Of a stretch of DNA of 64,000 bases, positions 47,445 through 56,907 are shown piece by piece (position 1 is the first letter of the stretch; every line of letters starts with the position of its first letter). Position numbers and translations under genes: made by a program. The notes beneath the pieces were generated by a model, which had not been told where the DNA came from, searched no databases, and worked only from the letters and a program-made list of their open reading frames with translations. Location: NCBI GenBank assembly GCA_963822965.1, contig CAWGJT010000006.1, forward strand, positions 532,982-596,981, read 5' to 3'. This DNA comes from an uncultured delta proteobacterium (GTDB lineage: Bacteria > Myxococcota_A > UBA9160 > UBA4427).

Positions 47445-47738
47445 GTGGCGACCCGCATCCAGGTCCGCGGTACCGACGGCCTCCTCTTCGACGGAGAGGC
47501 CTGCATCTCGCCCGGCGAGGGCGAGTGGACCTGGCGCGCCGAGTTCCGGGTGCCCAACACGCAGATCGCGCAGTTCCAGATGCGGCGCGGCGAGGAGGTG
47601 CGCGTGAGCGTGGACGACGCGAGCACCCACCGGGCGTGGATCGGCGGCTTCGGCTTCGACGACGACTCCAGCGCCAGCGGCATCGGCGGCCACGGCCGCA
47701 TCCAGCTGCTGGGCCGCGGCGCGATCCCCGTTCCCTGA
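47445..47738 (+). CDS. hypothetical small protein (about 97 aa), unrecognised family
   Basis: Strong GC3 bias in ...GTDGLLFDGEACISPGEGEWTWRAEFRVPNTQIAQFQMRRGEEVRVSVDDASTHRAWIGGFGFDDDSSASGIGGHGRIQLLGRGAIPVP inside a 545-bp gap between minus-strand genes; the opposite strand looks like an antisense shadow; start uncertain. Confidence 0.3.
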   Translation: MATRIQVRGTDGLLFDGEACISPGEGEWTWRAEFRVPNTQIAQFQMRRGEEVRVSVDDASTHRAWIGGFGFDDDSSASGIGGHGRIQLLGRGAIPVP

Positions 47739-47780
47739 ACCGTCCCCGTTCCCTGAGCCGTCCCCGCCCCGAGCCGCGAG

Positions 47781-49064
47781 TCAGCCTTCCAGGTAGCCGC
47801 CCAGGGTGTGGTGCATGTGGCGGATGCGCCGCTCCATGTGGGAGATGTGCAGCCCGCGATAGCCGGCCGAGTGCATGCCCTTCTGCACGCGGGGCAGATT
47901 GAAGGCGTCCTGGTCGAGGACCAGCCCGAGCGAAACCTCGCCGTGCTTGTGGCGCCGGTGCTCGGGCCGGGGGATCTGCTGCCCGGGCGGGACCCGTACG
48001 AAGTTCTGCAGGTCGAAGAACATGCGGTCGGGGTCCGTGGGATGCGGCCGCTGGCGGAAGAGCATGAACCCGGTCGCATGGATGTTCAGGGTGACGTTCG
48101 GAAAGATCATGTAGTGGTAGTCGTCCACCATCTGGTCGTCGTTCAGGAGCGACACGTCGAGACCGCGCTTCGCGGCGTTGCGGCGACCGGCGGCGACGAG
48201 TGCGGCGCGCACGTCCGCCGCCTTGCCGGTGAACGTGGCCGGGTCGATTCCGGCCATCCGCATCATCTCGCGCAGGGGCTGCGTCACCTCGTCCTGGTTC
48301 GGGTAGCGCGGGCTCAGCACGCCGAAGGGCACCAGGTAGCGGTTGTGGCGCGGATAGAGATCGATCTGAACGTTCACGTCGTCGATCATCCCGAGAAGCT
48401 GCGGATGGATCGCCTGGACGTGGTAGACCTCGTTGAACGCGTCCACCGAGGTCTTCCAGTTGCACTCCCACTCGACGGTGACATCGTTCACGATCCACTG
48501 CTCATCGAAGCGGTAGGGATCGAGGTGCTCGGGGATCACCCCGAGATAGTCCGCGAGCGGCTCCACGGCGTCGTTCAGGCTGAACCACACCCAGCCGCCC
48601 CAGGTGTCTGTGCGAATGGCGCTCATGCGGATGCTCGCCTCGGGACAGCCCTGCCGGAAGTCCCGCCGATCCGGAATGTGCTTCTGGGTACCGTCGAGGT
48701 GGAACTCGAAGAAGTGGTAGGAGCACTTGAAGGAGGAGACGTGGCCCCGCCCCGGGTTTCGCAGCCGGTTTCCGCGGTGGGGACAGACGTTGTAGAAGGC
48801 CTGCACGCGGCCGGGCTCCGTCATCACGAAGATCACGGACTCCTTTCCGATCTCCTCGCACACGTAGTCGCCCACCCGCTCGAAGTCCTGCAGGCGCGGA
48901 CCCATCAGCCACACCCGGGTCCACATGCGCTCCCACTCGAGCGCCATGAATCCGGGCGAGATGTAGCGCTCGGCCGGAATCCGCTCGTCTCCGAGCTCCG
49001 GCTCGGTCGCCTTCTCCGTGGGCGTCCCGCCCGGAACCCGCTCACAGGTGTTCGCTGCCGTCAT
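47781..49064 (-). CDS. Rieske non-heme iron aromatic ring-hydroxylating oxygenase, alpha subunit
   Basis: Rieske [2Fe-2S] CPHRG...CSYH; catalytic-domain His/Asp ligands; 427 aa. Confidence 0.8.
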   Translation of the reverse strand: MTAANTCERVPGGTPTEKATEPELGDERIPAERYISPGFMALEWERMWTRVWLMGPRLQDFERVGDYVCEEIGKESVIFVMTEPGRVQAFYNVCPHRGNRLRNPGRGHVSSFKCSYHFFEFHLDGTQKHIPDRRDFRQGCPEASIRMSAIRTDTWGGWVWFSLNDAVEPLADYLGVIPEHLDPYRFDEQWIVNDVTVEWECNWKTSVDAFNEVYHVQAIHPQLLGMIDDVNVQIDLYPRHNRYLVPFGVLSPRYPNQDEVTQPLREMMRMAGIDPATFTGKAADVRAALVAAGRRNAAKRGLDVSLLNDDQMVDDYHYMIFPNVTLNIHATGFMLFRQRPHPTDPDRMFFDLQNFVRVPPGQQIPRPEHRRHKHGEVSLGLVLDQDAFNLPRVQKGMHSAGYRGLHISHMERRIRHMHHTLGGYLEG

Positions 49065-49222
49065 GGAGACCCTCGCCTTCCGCTCTGCCCTCGAGGGTAT
49101 CATCCCGGCGCGGATTCGCGGCAGAGGCGGGTCGGGCGAATCCGTGTCGGATCCGGCGATGCGGCCGAAGCCGATCGATCGAACGCGGCCGAAGCCGATC
49201 GATCGAACGCGGCCGAAGCCGA

Positions 49223-50053
49223 TCAGCCGAAGCGGCCGGTGATGTAGTCCTGGGTCCGCGAATCCTCGGGATTCGTGAAGATCTTCGAGGTTTCCCCCTC
49301 CTCCACCAGTACCCCGAGGTGGAAGAAGGCGGTCCGCTGGGAGATGCGGGCGGCCTGCTGCATGGAATGGGTGACCACGACGATGGTGTACGTCTGCCGC
49401 AGCTCGTCGATCAGCTCCTCGATTCGGGCCGTCGCGATCGGATCGAGCGCGGAGCACGGCTCGTCCATCAGGATGACCTCGGGCCCCACCGCGATGGCCC
49501 GGGCGATGCAGAGACGCTGCTGCTGCCCCCCGGAGAGGCTCGTGCCCGGATCGGCGAGGCGGTCCTTCACCTCTTCGAAGAGACCCGCCCGCTGCAGGCT
49601 CGACGCCACCAACTCCTCGAGCTCGCTGCGGTCCCGCGCCAGTCCGTGGATCCGCGGCCCGTAGGCGATGTTGTCGAAGATCGACTTGGGAAACGGATTC
49701 GGCTTCTGGAACACCATGCCCACGTGCTTGCGCAGAGTCACCACGTCGACGTCCGGGGCGTAGATCTCCTGGCCATCCAGGCGGATCGAGCCCTCCACGC
49801 GGCAGCTCTCGATCACGTCGTTCATGCGGTTGATGCAGCGGATGAAGGTGGACTTCCCACAGCCCGAAGGACCGATCAGGGACGTGACCTGGTGGTTCGG
49901 AATCTCGAGACAGACGTCGAAGAGGGCCTGCTTGTCGCCGTAGAAGACGGAGAGGTTCCGCGCCGAGACCTTGGTGGTGGGCACTTCCTCCTTCTCCTCT
50001 TCCCGCTCTCCCGCGATCGGCGCTCGGAGCTTCTCCAATCGATCCGCCCTCAC
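49223..50053 (-). CDS. pstB: phosphate ABC transporter ATP-binding protein
   Basis: Walker [10 protein letters not shown], signature LSGGQQQR, Walker B ILMDEP; GTG start overlapping the pstA stop (GTGA). Confidence 0.85.
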   Translation of the reverse strand: MRADRLEKLRAPIAGEREEEKEEVPTTKVSARNLSVFYGDKQALFDVCLEIPNHQVTSLIGPSGCGKSTFIRCINRMNDVIESCRVEGSIRLDGQEIYAPDVDVVTLRKHVGMVFQKPNPFPKSIFDNIAYGPRIHGLARDRSELEELVASSLQRAGLFEEVKDRLADPGTSLSGGQQQRLCIARAIAVGPEVILMDEPCSALDPIATARIEELIDELRQTYTIVVVTHSMQQAARISQRTAFFHLGVLVEEGETSKIFTNPEDSRTQDYITGRFG

Positions 50054-51360
50054 CAGCTCTGCTCGCTGCGGTTGCGCAGAACGATCGCCACCAGGTTCGT
50101 CACCAACAGTACGCCAACCAGCACGAGAATGGCGCCGCACGTCTTCTCGACGAAGGCGCGCTCCGGACTGTCCGACCACAGGTAGATCTGCACCGGCAGC
50201 GCGGTCGCGGGCGCCAGGGGACCTTCGGGAAGATCGGCGATGAACGCCACCATGCCGATCATGAGCAGCGGCGCCGTCTCGCCCAGCGCCCGCGCCATCC
50301 CGATGATGGTGCCCGTGAGGATGCCGGGGAGCGCGAGGGGCACCACGTGGTGGGCCACCACCTGCAACGGCGAGGCGCCCACGGCGAGGGCCGCTTCGCG
50401 GATCGAGGGAGGCACGGCCCGCAGCGCCGCCCGCGAGGCGATGATGATGGTCGGCATGGTCATCAGGGCGAGCACGAGCCCACCCACCAGGGGCGCGGAG
50501 CGCGGAAGCCCCATGAAGTTGAGGAAGACCGCCAGGCCGAGCAGGCCGAAGACGATCGAGGGCACCGCGGCCAGGTTGTTGATGTTGACCTCGAGGAAGT
50601 CCGTCACCCGGCCCCGCGGCGCGAACTCCTCCAGGTGAACCGCGGCGGCCACGCCGAGGGGGAAGGAGAGGAGCAGGGTCACCAGCAGCGTCCAGAAGGA
50701 TCCGAGCAGCGCGCCGCCCAGACCCGCCACCTCCGGCTCGCGGCTGTCGCCGCCCGTGAGGAAGTTCCAGTCGAAGCTGCGCTCGATCCGTCCCTGCTCG
50801 CGGAAGGCGTCGAGCCAGTCGAGCTGCACGTTCTTCAGCTTGCGGCGCGACTCGTCGGAGGCGCGCGAGAGCTTTCCCTTCAGGTAGAGACCGGCCTCGT
50901 CGGACACCGGAAGCGCCACCCGGATCGTCTCCCCGACGAGCGTCGGATCCGCCAGGACCCGGTCCTGCACCTCGAAGTCCGCGGCCGGCCCCAGCAGCGC
51001 GTACAGGAGCTTCAGGTTCCTGCGACCCGAGACCTCGGGCTGCAGCTCCCGAAGCTTGCGGCGGATGGCCGCGCCGTAGTTCGCCGTGCGCAGCATCTGC
51101 TTCTCGACGGCTCCCTCGGCCGGCAGCCCCAGGATGCTCCGGTCGAGGCGCAGGTCGACGAAGAGCTCGTCGTGACGGAAGGCCGAGACGCCTCGCGAGC
51201 CGATGCCGCCCAGGAGCCCCGCCAGCGCGAGCATCGCGGCGCCCACGGCCAGCAGCCCGTAGACCCGGAAGCGTCGATCGGCGGCGTGCCGCTTCCGCAG
51301 GCGGCGGCTCGCGCGCACGCCGCCGGGATCGGTCCCTGCGCCGAGCGGGGCGCTACTCAT
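50050..51360 (-). CDS. pstA: phosphate ABC transporter permease
   Basis: PstA-type long N-terminal periplasmic domain plus ABC TM domain ([14 protein letters not shown]...). Confidence 0.85.
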   Translation of the reverse strand: MSSAPLGAGTDPGGVRASRRLRKRHAADRRFRVYGLLAVGAAMLALAGLLGGIGSRGVSAFRHDELFVDLRLDRSILGLPAEGAVEKQMLRTANYGAAIRRKLRELQPEVSGRRNLKLLYALLGPAADFEVQDRVLADPTLVGETIRVALPVSDEAGLYLKGKLSRASDESRRKLKNVQLDWLDAFREQGRIERSFDWNFLTGGDSREPEVAGLGGALLGSFWTLLVTLLLSFPLGVAAAVHLEEFAPRGRVTDFLEVNINNLAAVPSIVFGLLGLAVFLNFMGLPRSAPLVGGLVLALMTMPTIIIASRAALRAVPPSIREAALAVGASPLQVVAHHVVPLALPGILTGTIIGMARALGETAPLLMIGMVAFIADLPEGPLAPATALPVQIYLWSDSPERAFVEKTCGAILVLVGVLLVTNLVAIVLRNRSEQSW

Positions 51361-52339
51361 ACTGCTCCCGGTACCGGCGCACCACGTGCAACGCCACGAC
51401 GTTGAGCACCAGGGTGACGAGGAAGAGCAGGAGCCCCAGGGCGAATGCCGACAGCGTCTTGGCGCTGTCGAACTCCTGGTCGCCGACCAGGAGCGTGACG
51501 ATCTGCACCGTCACGGTGGTGACCGCCTCGAAGGGGTTGGCGGTGAGCCGCGCGGACAGGCCCGCGGCCATCACCACGATCATCGTCTCCCCGATCGCCC
51601 GGGAGAGCGCCAGCAGCACCGCGCCGGTGATCCCCGGCAGGGCCGCCGGCAGCACCACCTGGCGGATGGTCTCGGCCCGGGTGGCGCCGAGCCCGAAGGA
51701 GCCTTCGCGCAGGGCGCTCGGCACGGCGTGGATGACGTCGTCGGACAGGGACGACACGAACGGGATGATCATCACCCCCATCACGAGCCCGGCGGCCAGC
51801 GCGCTCTCGGACGAGATGTGGATGCCCAGCGGCGCTCCCGCGTCGCGCAGGCCCGGCGCGATGAGCAGTGCGGCGAAGTAGCCGTAGACCACCGTCGGAA
51901 TGCCGGCCAGGATCTCGAGGAGGGGCTTCACCCAACGGCGCACCCGCACGTGGGCGTACTCCGCCAGGTAGACGGCCGAGAAGAGCCCGACCGGTACGGC
52001 CACCGCCATGGCGATGGCCGTGATCAGCAGGGTGCCGGAGAAGACCGGGACCGCGCCGAAGGCGCCGGAGGAGCCCACCTGGTCCGCCCGCAGGGCCGTC
52101 TGTGGGCTCCACTCGAGACCGAAGAGGAAGTCCGAGACGGGCACCCGGGCGAAGAAGCGCAGGGCCTCGAACAGCAGGGACAGCACGATCCCGACGGTGA
52201 CCGCCACCGCCAGCGCCGCGCACAGCCACAGCAGGACCCGCACCCCCGACTCGAAGCGCCGGCGTCGCCCCCGCACCGTGGGATCGAAGCGGCCGCCATG
52301 GGCGGCCGCCTCGAGGTCGGCTTCACATACCGAGGACAA
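51353..52339 (-). CDS. pstC: phosphate ABC transporter permease
   Basis: PstC permease signature (ALREGSFGLGATRAETIRQVVLPAALPGI). Confidence 0.85.
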   Translation of the reverse strand: MSSVCEADLEAAAHGGRFDPTVRGRRRRFESGVRVLLWLCAALAVAVTVGIVLSLLFEALRFFARVPVSDFLFGLEWSPQTALRADQVGSSGAFGAVPVFSGTLLITAIAMAVAVPVGLFSAVYLAEYAHVRVRRWVKPLLEILAGIPTVVYGYFAALLIAPGLRDAGAPLGIHISSESALAAGLVMGVMIIPFVSSLSDDVIHAVPSALREGSFGLGATRAETIRQVVLPAALPGITGAVLLALSRAIGETMIVVMAAGLSARLTANPFEAVTTVTVQIVTLLVGDQEFDSAKTLSAFALGLLLFLVTLVLNVVALHVVRRYREQYE

Positions 52340-53366
52340 TCATCCCCTCGGCGCGCTTCCGGGCGGTGGCCAGCCGCGCCGGGGGCAACGGGATCAGCCC
52401 CTTGTCGGCCAGATAGCCGTCCGGCCCCGCCGCCCGATCGCTGGTGAACTCGGCCACGAACTCCGGAATGCCGGGCACCTTGCCCACGTGCGCCTTCTTG
52501 ACGTAGAAGAAGAGCGAGCGCGAGATCTCGTACTTGCCGTCGGCGATGTTCTCGAAGCTGGGCTCGATCCCGTCGATCACGCTGCCCTGCAGCTGGTCCG
52601 TGTTCTGGTCGAGGAAGGAGAACCCGAAGATGCCGATGGCATGGGGGTTGGACTCCAGCTTCTGGACGATCAGGTTGTCGTTCTCGCCCGCCTCGATGTA
52701 GCGGCCGTCCTCGCGGATCGCATGGGCGACCGCCTGGAAGGCCTTGTCGTCCTTGGCCTTGAGCTCGGCCAGCATCGGGCTCTTCTTGGCACCGCCCTCC
52801 ATCGCCAGCTCGACGAAGGCGTCGCGGGTGCCCGAGGTGGGCGGCGGCCCCAGCACCTCGATCTTCACGTCCGGCAGGGCCGGATCCACGTCCCGCCAGG
52901 TCTGGTTGGGGTTCGGGACGAGCTTTCCGTTGACGGGGATCTCCTTCGCGAGCGCGCGGAAGATCTGGTCGAGGGTCAGGGACAGGCGCTGGCTCTCTCG
53001 GGAGTTGGCGAGCACGATGCCGTCGAATCCCACCTCGACTTCGACGATCTCCTTCACGCCGTTGCTCGCGCAGGTCGCAACCTCGGAGGCCTTGATCCGA
53101 CGCGACGCGTTGGTGATGTCCGGCGTGTCGAGGCCGACCCCGGCGCAGAAGAGCTTGAAGCCTCCGCCGGAGCCCGTGCTCTCCACCACCGGAGTGCCGA
53201 ACTTCGTGGAGCGGCCAAATTGCTCGGCCACCGCCGCCGAGAAGGGAAACACGGTGGACGAGCCCACGATCCGGATCTCTCGCGCCTCGGCACCCCCTGC
53301 GACCCCCAGCACGGTGAGGAACGAGGCGGCCACGAGGGCCAAGGGGGCAGTCCTGGTGAAGCTCAC
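52323..53366 (-). CDS. pstS: phosphate ABC transporter substrate-binding protein
   Basis: Signal peptide, GSSTVFPF, TGSGGG motifs; GGAGGG + GTG start at 53366. Confidence 0.8.
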   Translation of the reverse strand: MSFTRTAPLALVAASFLTVLGVAGGAEAREIRIVGSSTVFPFSAAVAEQFGRSTKFGTPVVESTGSGGGFKLFCAGVGLDTPDITNASRRIKASEVATCASNGVKEIVEVEVGFDGIVLANSRESQRLSLTLDQIFRALAKEIPVNGKLVPNPNQTWRDVDPALPDVKIEVLGPPPTSGTRDAFVELAMEGGAKKSPMLAELKAKDDKAFQAVAHAIREDGRYIEAGENDNLIVQKLESNPHAIGIFGFSFLDQNTDQLQGSVIDGIEPSFENIADGKYEISRSLFFYVKKAHVGKVPGIPEFVAEFTSDRAAGPDGYLADKGLIPLPPARLATARKRAEGMIVLGM

Positions 53367-53489
53367 GGTTGGAACCCTCCTGTGTCGCTTCCGTCTCTAT
53401 TCGCGAAGTCCGCGAAGTCGTTTCTGCGGGGCCTGGAAGCCGGCCCCCCGGCCGGCCCCTTGCTCCACGTGGACCCTAGGTGCACAGTC

Positions 53490-53612
53490 TGTGCGTGACG
53501 TGAAGACTGTGTGACGGTTTCGTCACATTGAGAGCGATCGACGGCACCCGGGTAGCCTTTCGCTACGTAAAAACGTCACATTTCGACCACTCGCCATGCC
53601 GGCGTCACGGAA
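53490..53612. promoter_or_regulatory. divergent pstS / phoU promoter region with repeated TGTGACG/CGTCACA heptamers (candidate Pho boxes)
   Basis: gcGTGACGtgaagaCTGTGTGACGgtttCGTCACAtt ... aCGTCACAtttcg ... gCGTCACGg. At least five copies in 120 bp, including a perfect 18-bp palindrome TGTGACGgtttCGTCACA. Confidence 0.45.
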
Positions 53613-53689
53613 CCGTTGCATGGCGACGCTTTCATGGTGCGTGCCGGCAGGCCGCCCAGCGTTCGGGGCCGAGAGGCCGGAGGAAATTC

Positions 53690-54373
53690 TTGTCGAGAAT
53701 CGTCGAGCGCGATCTGGAAGCCCTGCGGGAGCTCGGTCTCAGAATGGCGGGTCTGTCGGAAGCGATCCTGGAGAAGGCCCTGGAAGCGGTCTCCCGCCGG
53801 GACGGCCAGCTGGCCGAGGAGGTCCAGGGCGACGACCTGGCCATCGACCGGCTCGACATCGAGATCGACGAGGCAGTGCTGGAGATCCTGGCCCTGCAGG
53901 CTCCCGTCGCCCGGGACCTGCGGGCGGTGATCGGGGTGAAGAGCGTCGCCACGGACCTCGAGCGCGTGGGGGACCTGGCCCGCAACATCGCCAAGAGCGC
54001 CACCCGCCTCGCGAATCGCCCCAAGGTGCCGGTGCCGCCCCGGCTCGAGCAGCTGGGCGACGAGAGCCGCCGGCAGCTCCGACTCGCCCTCGACGCCTTC
54101 GCCAGCGCCGACACCCAGGCAGCCCGCCGGGTGCTGGCCGGCGAGGCGCTGGTGGACGAACACCAGGACACCGTGGTTCGGGACGCTCTCGAGGAGCTCC
54201 AGAGCCGGCCGGAGATCTCTCCCCAGGAGGTGGACTTCATCCTGATCGCCAAGAGCCTGGAGCGGGTGGCCGACCACGCCACCAACATCGCCGAGGAGGT
54301 CGTCCGGATCGCCGAGTCCCGCAATCTGAAGCACGCCGAGAAGCTCGCCGGCAGAGCGGCGGCGGATGAGTGA
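53690..54373 (+). CDS. phoU: phosphate signaling complex protein PhoU
   Basis: TTG start after GGAGG; two PhoU repeats (MAGLSEAILEKALEAV...LAEEVQGDD...; ...VVRDALEEL...). Confidence 0.8.
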   Translation: MSRIVERDLEALRELGLRMAGLSEAILEKALEAVSRRDGQLAEEVQGDDLAIDRLDIEIDEAVLEILALQAPVARDLRAVIGVKSVATDLERVGDLARNIAKSATRLANRPKVPVPPRLEQLGDESRRQLRLALDAFASADTQAARRVLAGEALVDEHQDTVVRDALEELQSRPEISPQEVDFILIAKSLERVADHATNIAEEVVRIAESRNLKHAEKLAGRAAADE

Positions 54374-54439
54374 CCCCCCGAAGGAGCCCCGTCTCCGCCC
54401 GCCGTGCCCGGCCCGGCCGAGACGCAGTGGAGGCCCGCA

Positions 54440-55129
54440 GTGACAGCAAGAATCCTCGTCGTCGAGGACGAGCCCGACATCCAGGAGCTCATCCGGTACC
54501 ACCTCGACCAGGCCGGGTTCCAGGTCGAGACCGCCAGCAACGGCAACGTCGCCCTGCAGGCCCTGCGCCGCCGCCGCCCCAACCTGGTGGTCCTCGACCT
54601 GATGCTGCCGGACCGTTCCGGCACCGAGCTGTGCCGGGAGATCCGCTCCGATCCCGACCTGAAGGAGCTGCCGATCATCATGGTGACGGCACGCACGGAC
54701 GAGGTCGACCGCCTGGTGGGCTTCGAGCTGGGCGCCGACGACTATGTCGCCAAGCCCTTCAGCCCGCGGGAGCTGACCCTGCGGGTCCGGGCGGTGCTGC
54801 GCCGTTCCTCCACCACCGCCGAGGCCGGCGAGGCGCCGGAGGTGCTGCAGCACGGCCCGCTGAGCCTCGACGTCGCGCGCCACCGCTGCCAGGTCTCCGA
54901 TCGCAAGGTCGAGCTCACCGCCAAGGAGTTCCAGCTCCTGCGCATGCTGATGTCCCGCCCGGGGCGGGTCATGAGCCGGGAACGGCTCCTGGACGAGGTG
55001 TGGGGCCCGGACGTGACCGTCACCCTGCGCACCATCGACACCCACATGAAGCGCCTGCGAGAAAAGCTGGGCGAAGCAGGCGCACTCATCGATACCATCC
55101 GGGGAGTCGGTTACCGCTTCGCGGAGTAA
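54440..55129 (+). CDS. phoB: OmpR/PhoB-family response regulator
   Basis: ILVVEDEPDIQELI...DLMLPDRSG receiver; winged-helix LTAKEFQLLRML...GVGYRF; GTG start after GGAGG. Confidence 0.8.
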   Translation: MTARILVVEDEPDIQELIRYHLDQAGFQVETASNGNVALQALRRRRPNLVVLDLMLPDRSGTELCREIRSDPDLKELPIIMVTARTDEVDRLVGFELGADDYVAKPFSPRELTLRVRAVLRRSSTTAEAGEAPEVLQHGPLSLDVARHRCQVSDRKVELTAKEFQLLRMLMSRPGRVMSRERLLDEVWGPDVTVTLRTIDTHMKRLREKLGEAGALIDTIRGVGYRFAE

Positions 55130-55137
55130 CCCCTTTC

Positions 55138-56901
55138 GTGCCTCGGATCCAGCTCAAGCTCATGGGCGCCCTGGCCGTCCTGGTGTTGGCGATCATCGCC
55201 ATCGTGGGCGTCGTCGCCGAGCGGGGTCTGCGAGCGCGCGAGCTGTCCCGGATCGAGCGCAACCTCGAGGTGCGCGCGGGGCTCGTCCGGGAAGCCCTGG
55301 GCGCCGAGCCCCGGACCGACGTCGCGAGCCTGGACGCCATGGCCGACGAGGCCGGCGAGGCCGCCCACGCCCGGGTCACCCTCATCGAGCGCAGCGGGCG
55401 CGTGGTGGGCGACTCGGAGGTTCCGACCGAGCTGCTGCCGACCCTGCAGAACCACGCGGACCGCCCCGAGGTGATCGCTGCACTGGCCGGCCGGGTGGGC
55501 GTGAGCAGCCGCACGAGCGCCACCGTGCGCCAGCCGCTCCTCTATCTGGCCCTGCCGCCCGACCCGAGCCAGCACGACCTCGTCGTCCGGCTCGCCATCG
55601 ACACGGCGGAGGTGGACACGGCCACCTCGGAGCTGCGGGCGGGGCTGGCCCTCGCCGGTCTCGTAGGACTGGTGGGCGCCCTGGCGCTGTCCTTCGTGAT
55701 CACGCGGCTCACCCTGCGTCCGGTCGAGGAGCTTCGCAACGTCGTCACGGACATCGCCAACGGCAAGCTCGAACGCCGGCTGCGCTGGAACACCCGGGAC
55801 GAGCTCGGCGAGATCGCCGGGTCGATCAACCAGGTGGCCGAGCAGCTGCGGGGGCGGTACGACGACGCCGCCGCGGAGAAGACCCGGCTCGAGGCCGTGC
55901 TGGGCAGCATGGTGGAAGGCGTCCTCGTGCTGGACTCCCGCGGTCACATCACCCTGGCGAACCGCCGCCTGCAGGAGCTGCTGGACGTCTGGCTCGACCC
56001 GCGCGGCAAGACGCCCCTCGACCTGATCCGCAGCGAGGCGATCCACCAGACCCTGTCGAACGCCACCACCAGCGGCGAGCCCCAGGTGCGCGAGCTCGAG
56101 GTGGGCCGGCGCGTCCTGCTCGTCCACGCGGCCGGCTTGCCCCCGGCGGGCGGCGGGGGGTGCGTGGCCGTCTTCCACGACGTCACCCAGATCCGCAAGC
56201 TCGACCAGGTGCGGCGCGACTTCCTCGCCAACGCGTCCCACGAGCTGCGGACGCCGCTCACCTCCATCCAGGGCTTCGCGGCGACCCTGCAGCAGAACGA
56301 TCTGCCCGAGAAGGACCGTCGCAGCTTCGTCGAGGTGATCGCCCGCAACGCGGAGCGCCTCTCCCACCTGATCGACGACCTGCTGGAGCTCTCGCAGATC
56401 GAGGGAAGGCGCGAGCCGCTCCGCCGCTCGGAGATCGACGTGGCCCACATCGCCAGGACGCTACTCGAAGACCTGGGGCCGCGTCTCGCCCAGCGCTCGC
56501 TGCAGGCGGAGATCCATGCCGAAAGCCCGCCCCGGGCCTGGGGAGACCGCCGTGCCGTCGAGCAGGTCCTGACCAACCTGCTCGACAACGCCGTGAAGTA
56601 CACCGACGAGGGCGGCCGCATCGACGTGACCCTGCGGGCCGACGGCGCGAGGCTCCAGGTGGTCGTCCAGGACACGGGCCTCGGCATTCCCGAGGACGAG
56701 GTGGACCGGGTCTTCGAGCGCTTCTACCGGGTGGACAAGGCGCGCTCGCGCGCGCTCGGCGGCACGGGGCTGGGGCTCTCCATCGTGAAGCACCTGCTCC
56801 AGGCCATGAACGGGGAGATCCGCCTGGACAGCAAGATCGGCGAGGGGTCGCGCTTCACGTTCTGGCTGCCCGCCGCCCCACCCGCCCCCGCCCGGGCCTG
56901 A
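55138..56901 (+). CDS. phoR: phosphate regulon sensor histidine kinase
   Basis: TM + HAMP + PAS + HisKA (ANASHELRTPLTSI) + HATPase (GGTGLGLSIVKH); GTG start 9 nt after the phoB stop. Confidence 0.8.
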   Translation: MPRIQLKLMGALAVLVLAIIAIVGVVAERGLRARELSRIERNLEVRAGLVREALGAEPRTDVASLDAMADEAGEAAHARVTLIERSGRVVGDSEVPTELLPTLQNHADRPEVIAALAGRVGVSSRTSATVRQPLLYLALPPDPSQHDLVVRLAIDTAEVDTATSELRAGLALAGLVGLVGALALSFVITRLTLRPVEELRNVVTDIANGKLERRLRWNTRDELGEIAGSINQVAEQLRGRYDDAAAEKTRLEAVLGSMVEGVLVLDSRGHITLANRRLQELLDVWLDPRGKTPLDLIRSEAIHQTLSNATTSGEPQVRELEVGRRVLLVHAAGLPPAGGGGCVAVFHDVTQIRKLDQVRRDFLANASHELRTPLTSIQGFAATLQQNDLPEKDRRSFVEVIARNAERLSHLIDDLLELSQIEGRREPLRRSEIDVAHIARTLLEDLGPRLAQRSLQAEIHAESPPRAWGDRRAVEQVLTNLLDNAVKYTDEGGRIDVTLRADGARLQVVVQDTGLGIPEDEVDRVFERFYRVDKARSRALGGTGLGLSIVKHLLQAMNGEIRLDSKIGEGSRFTFWLPAAPPAPARA

Positions 56902-56907
56902 GGCACG

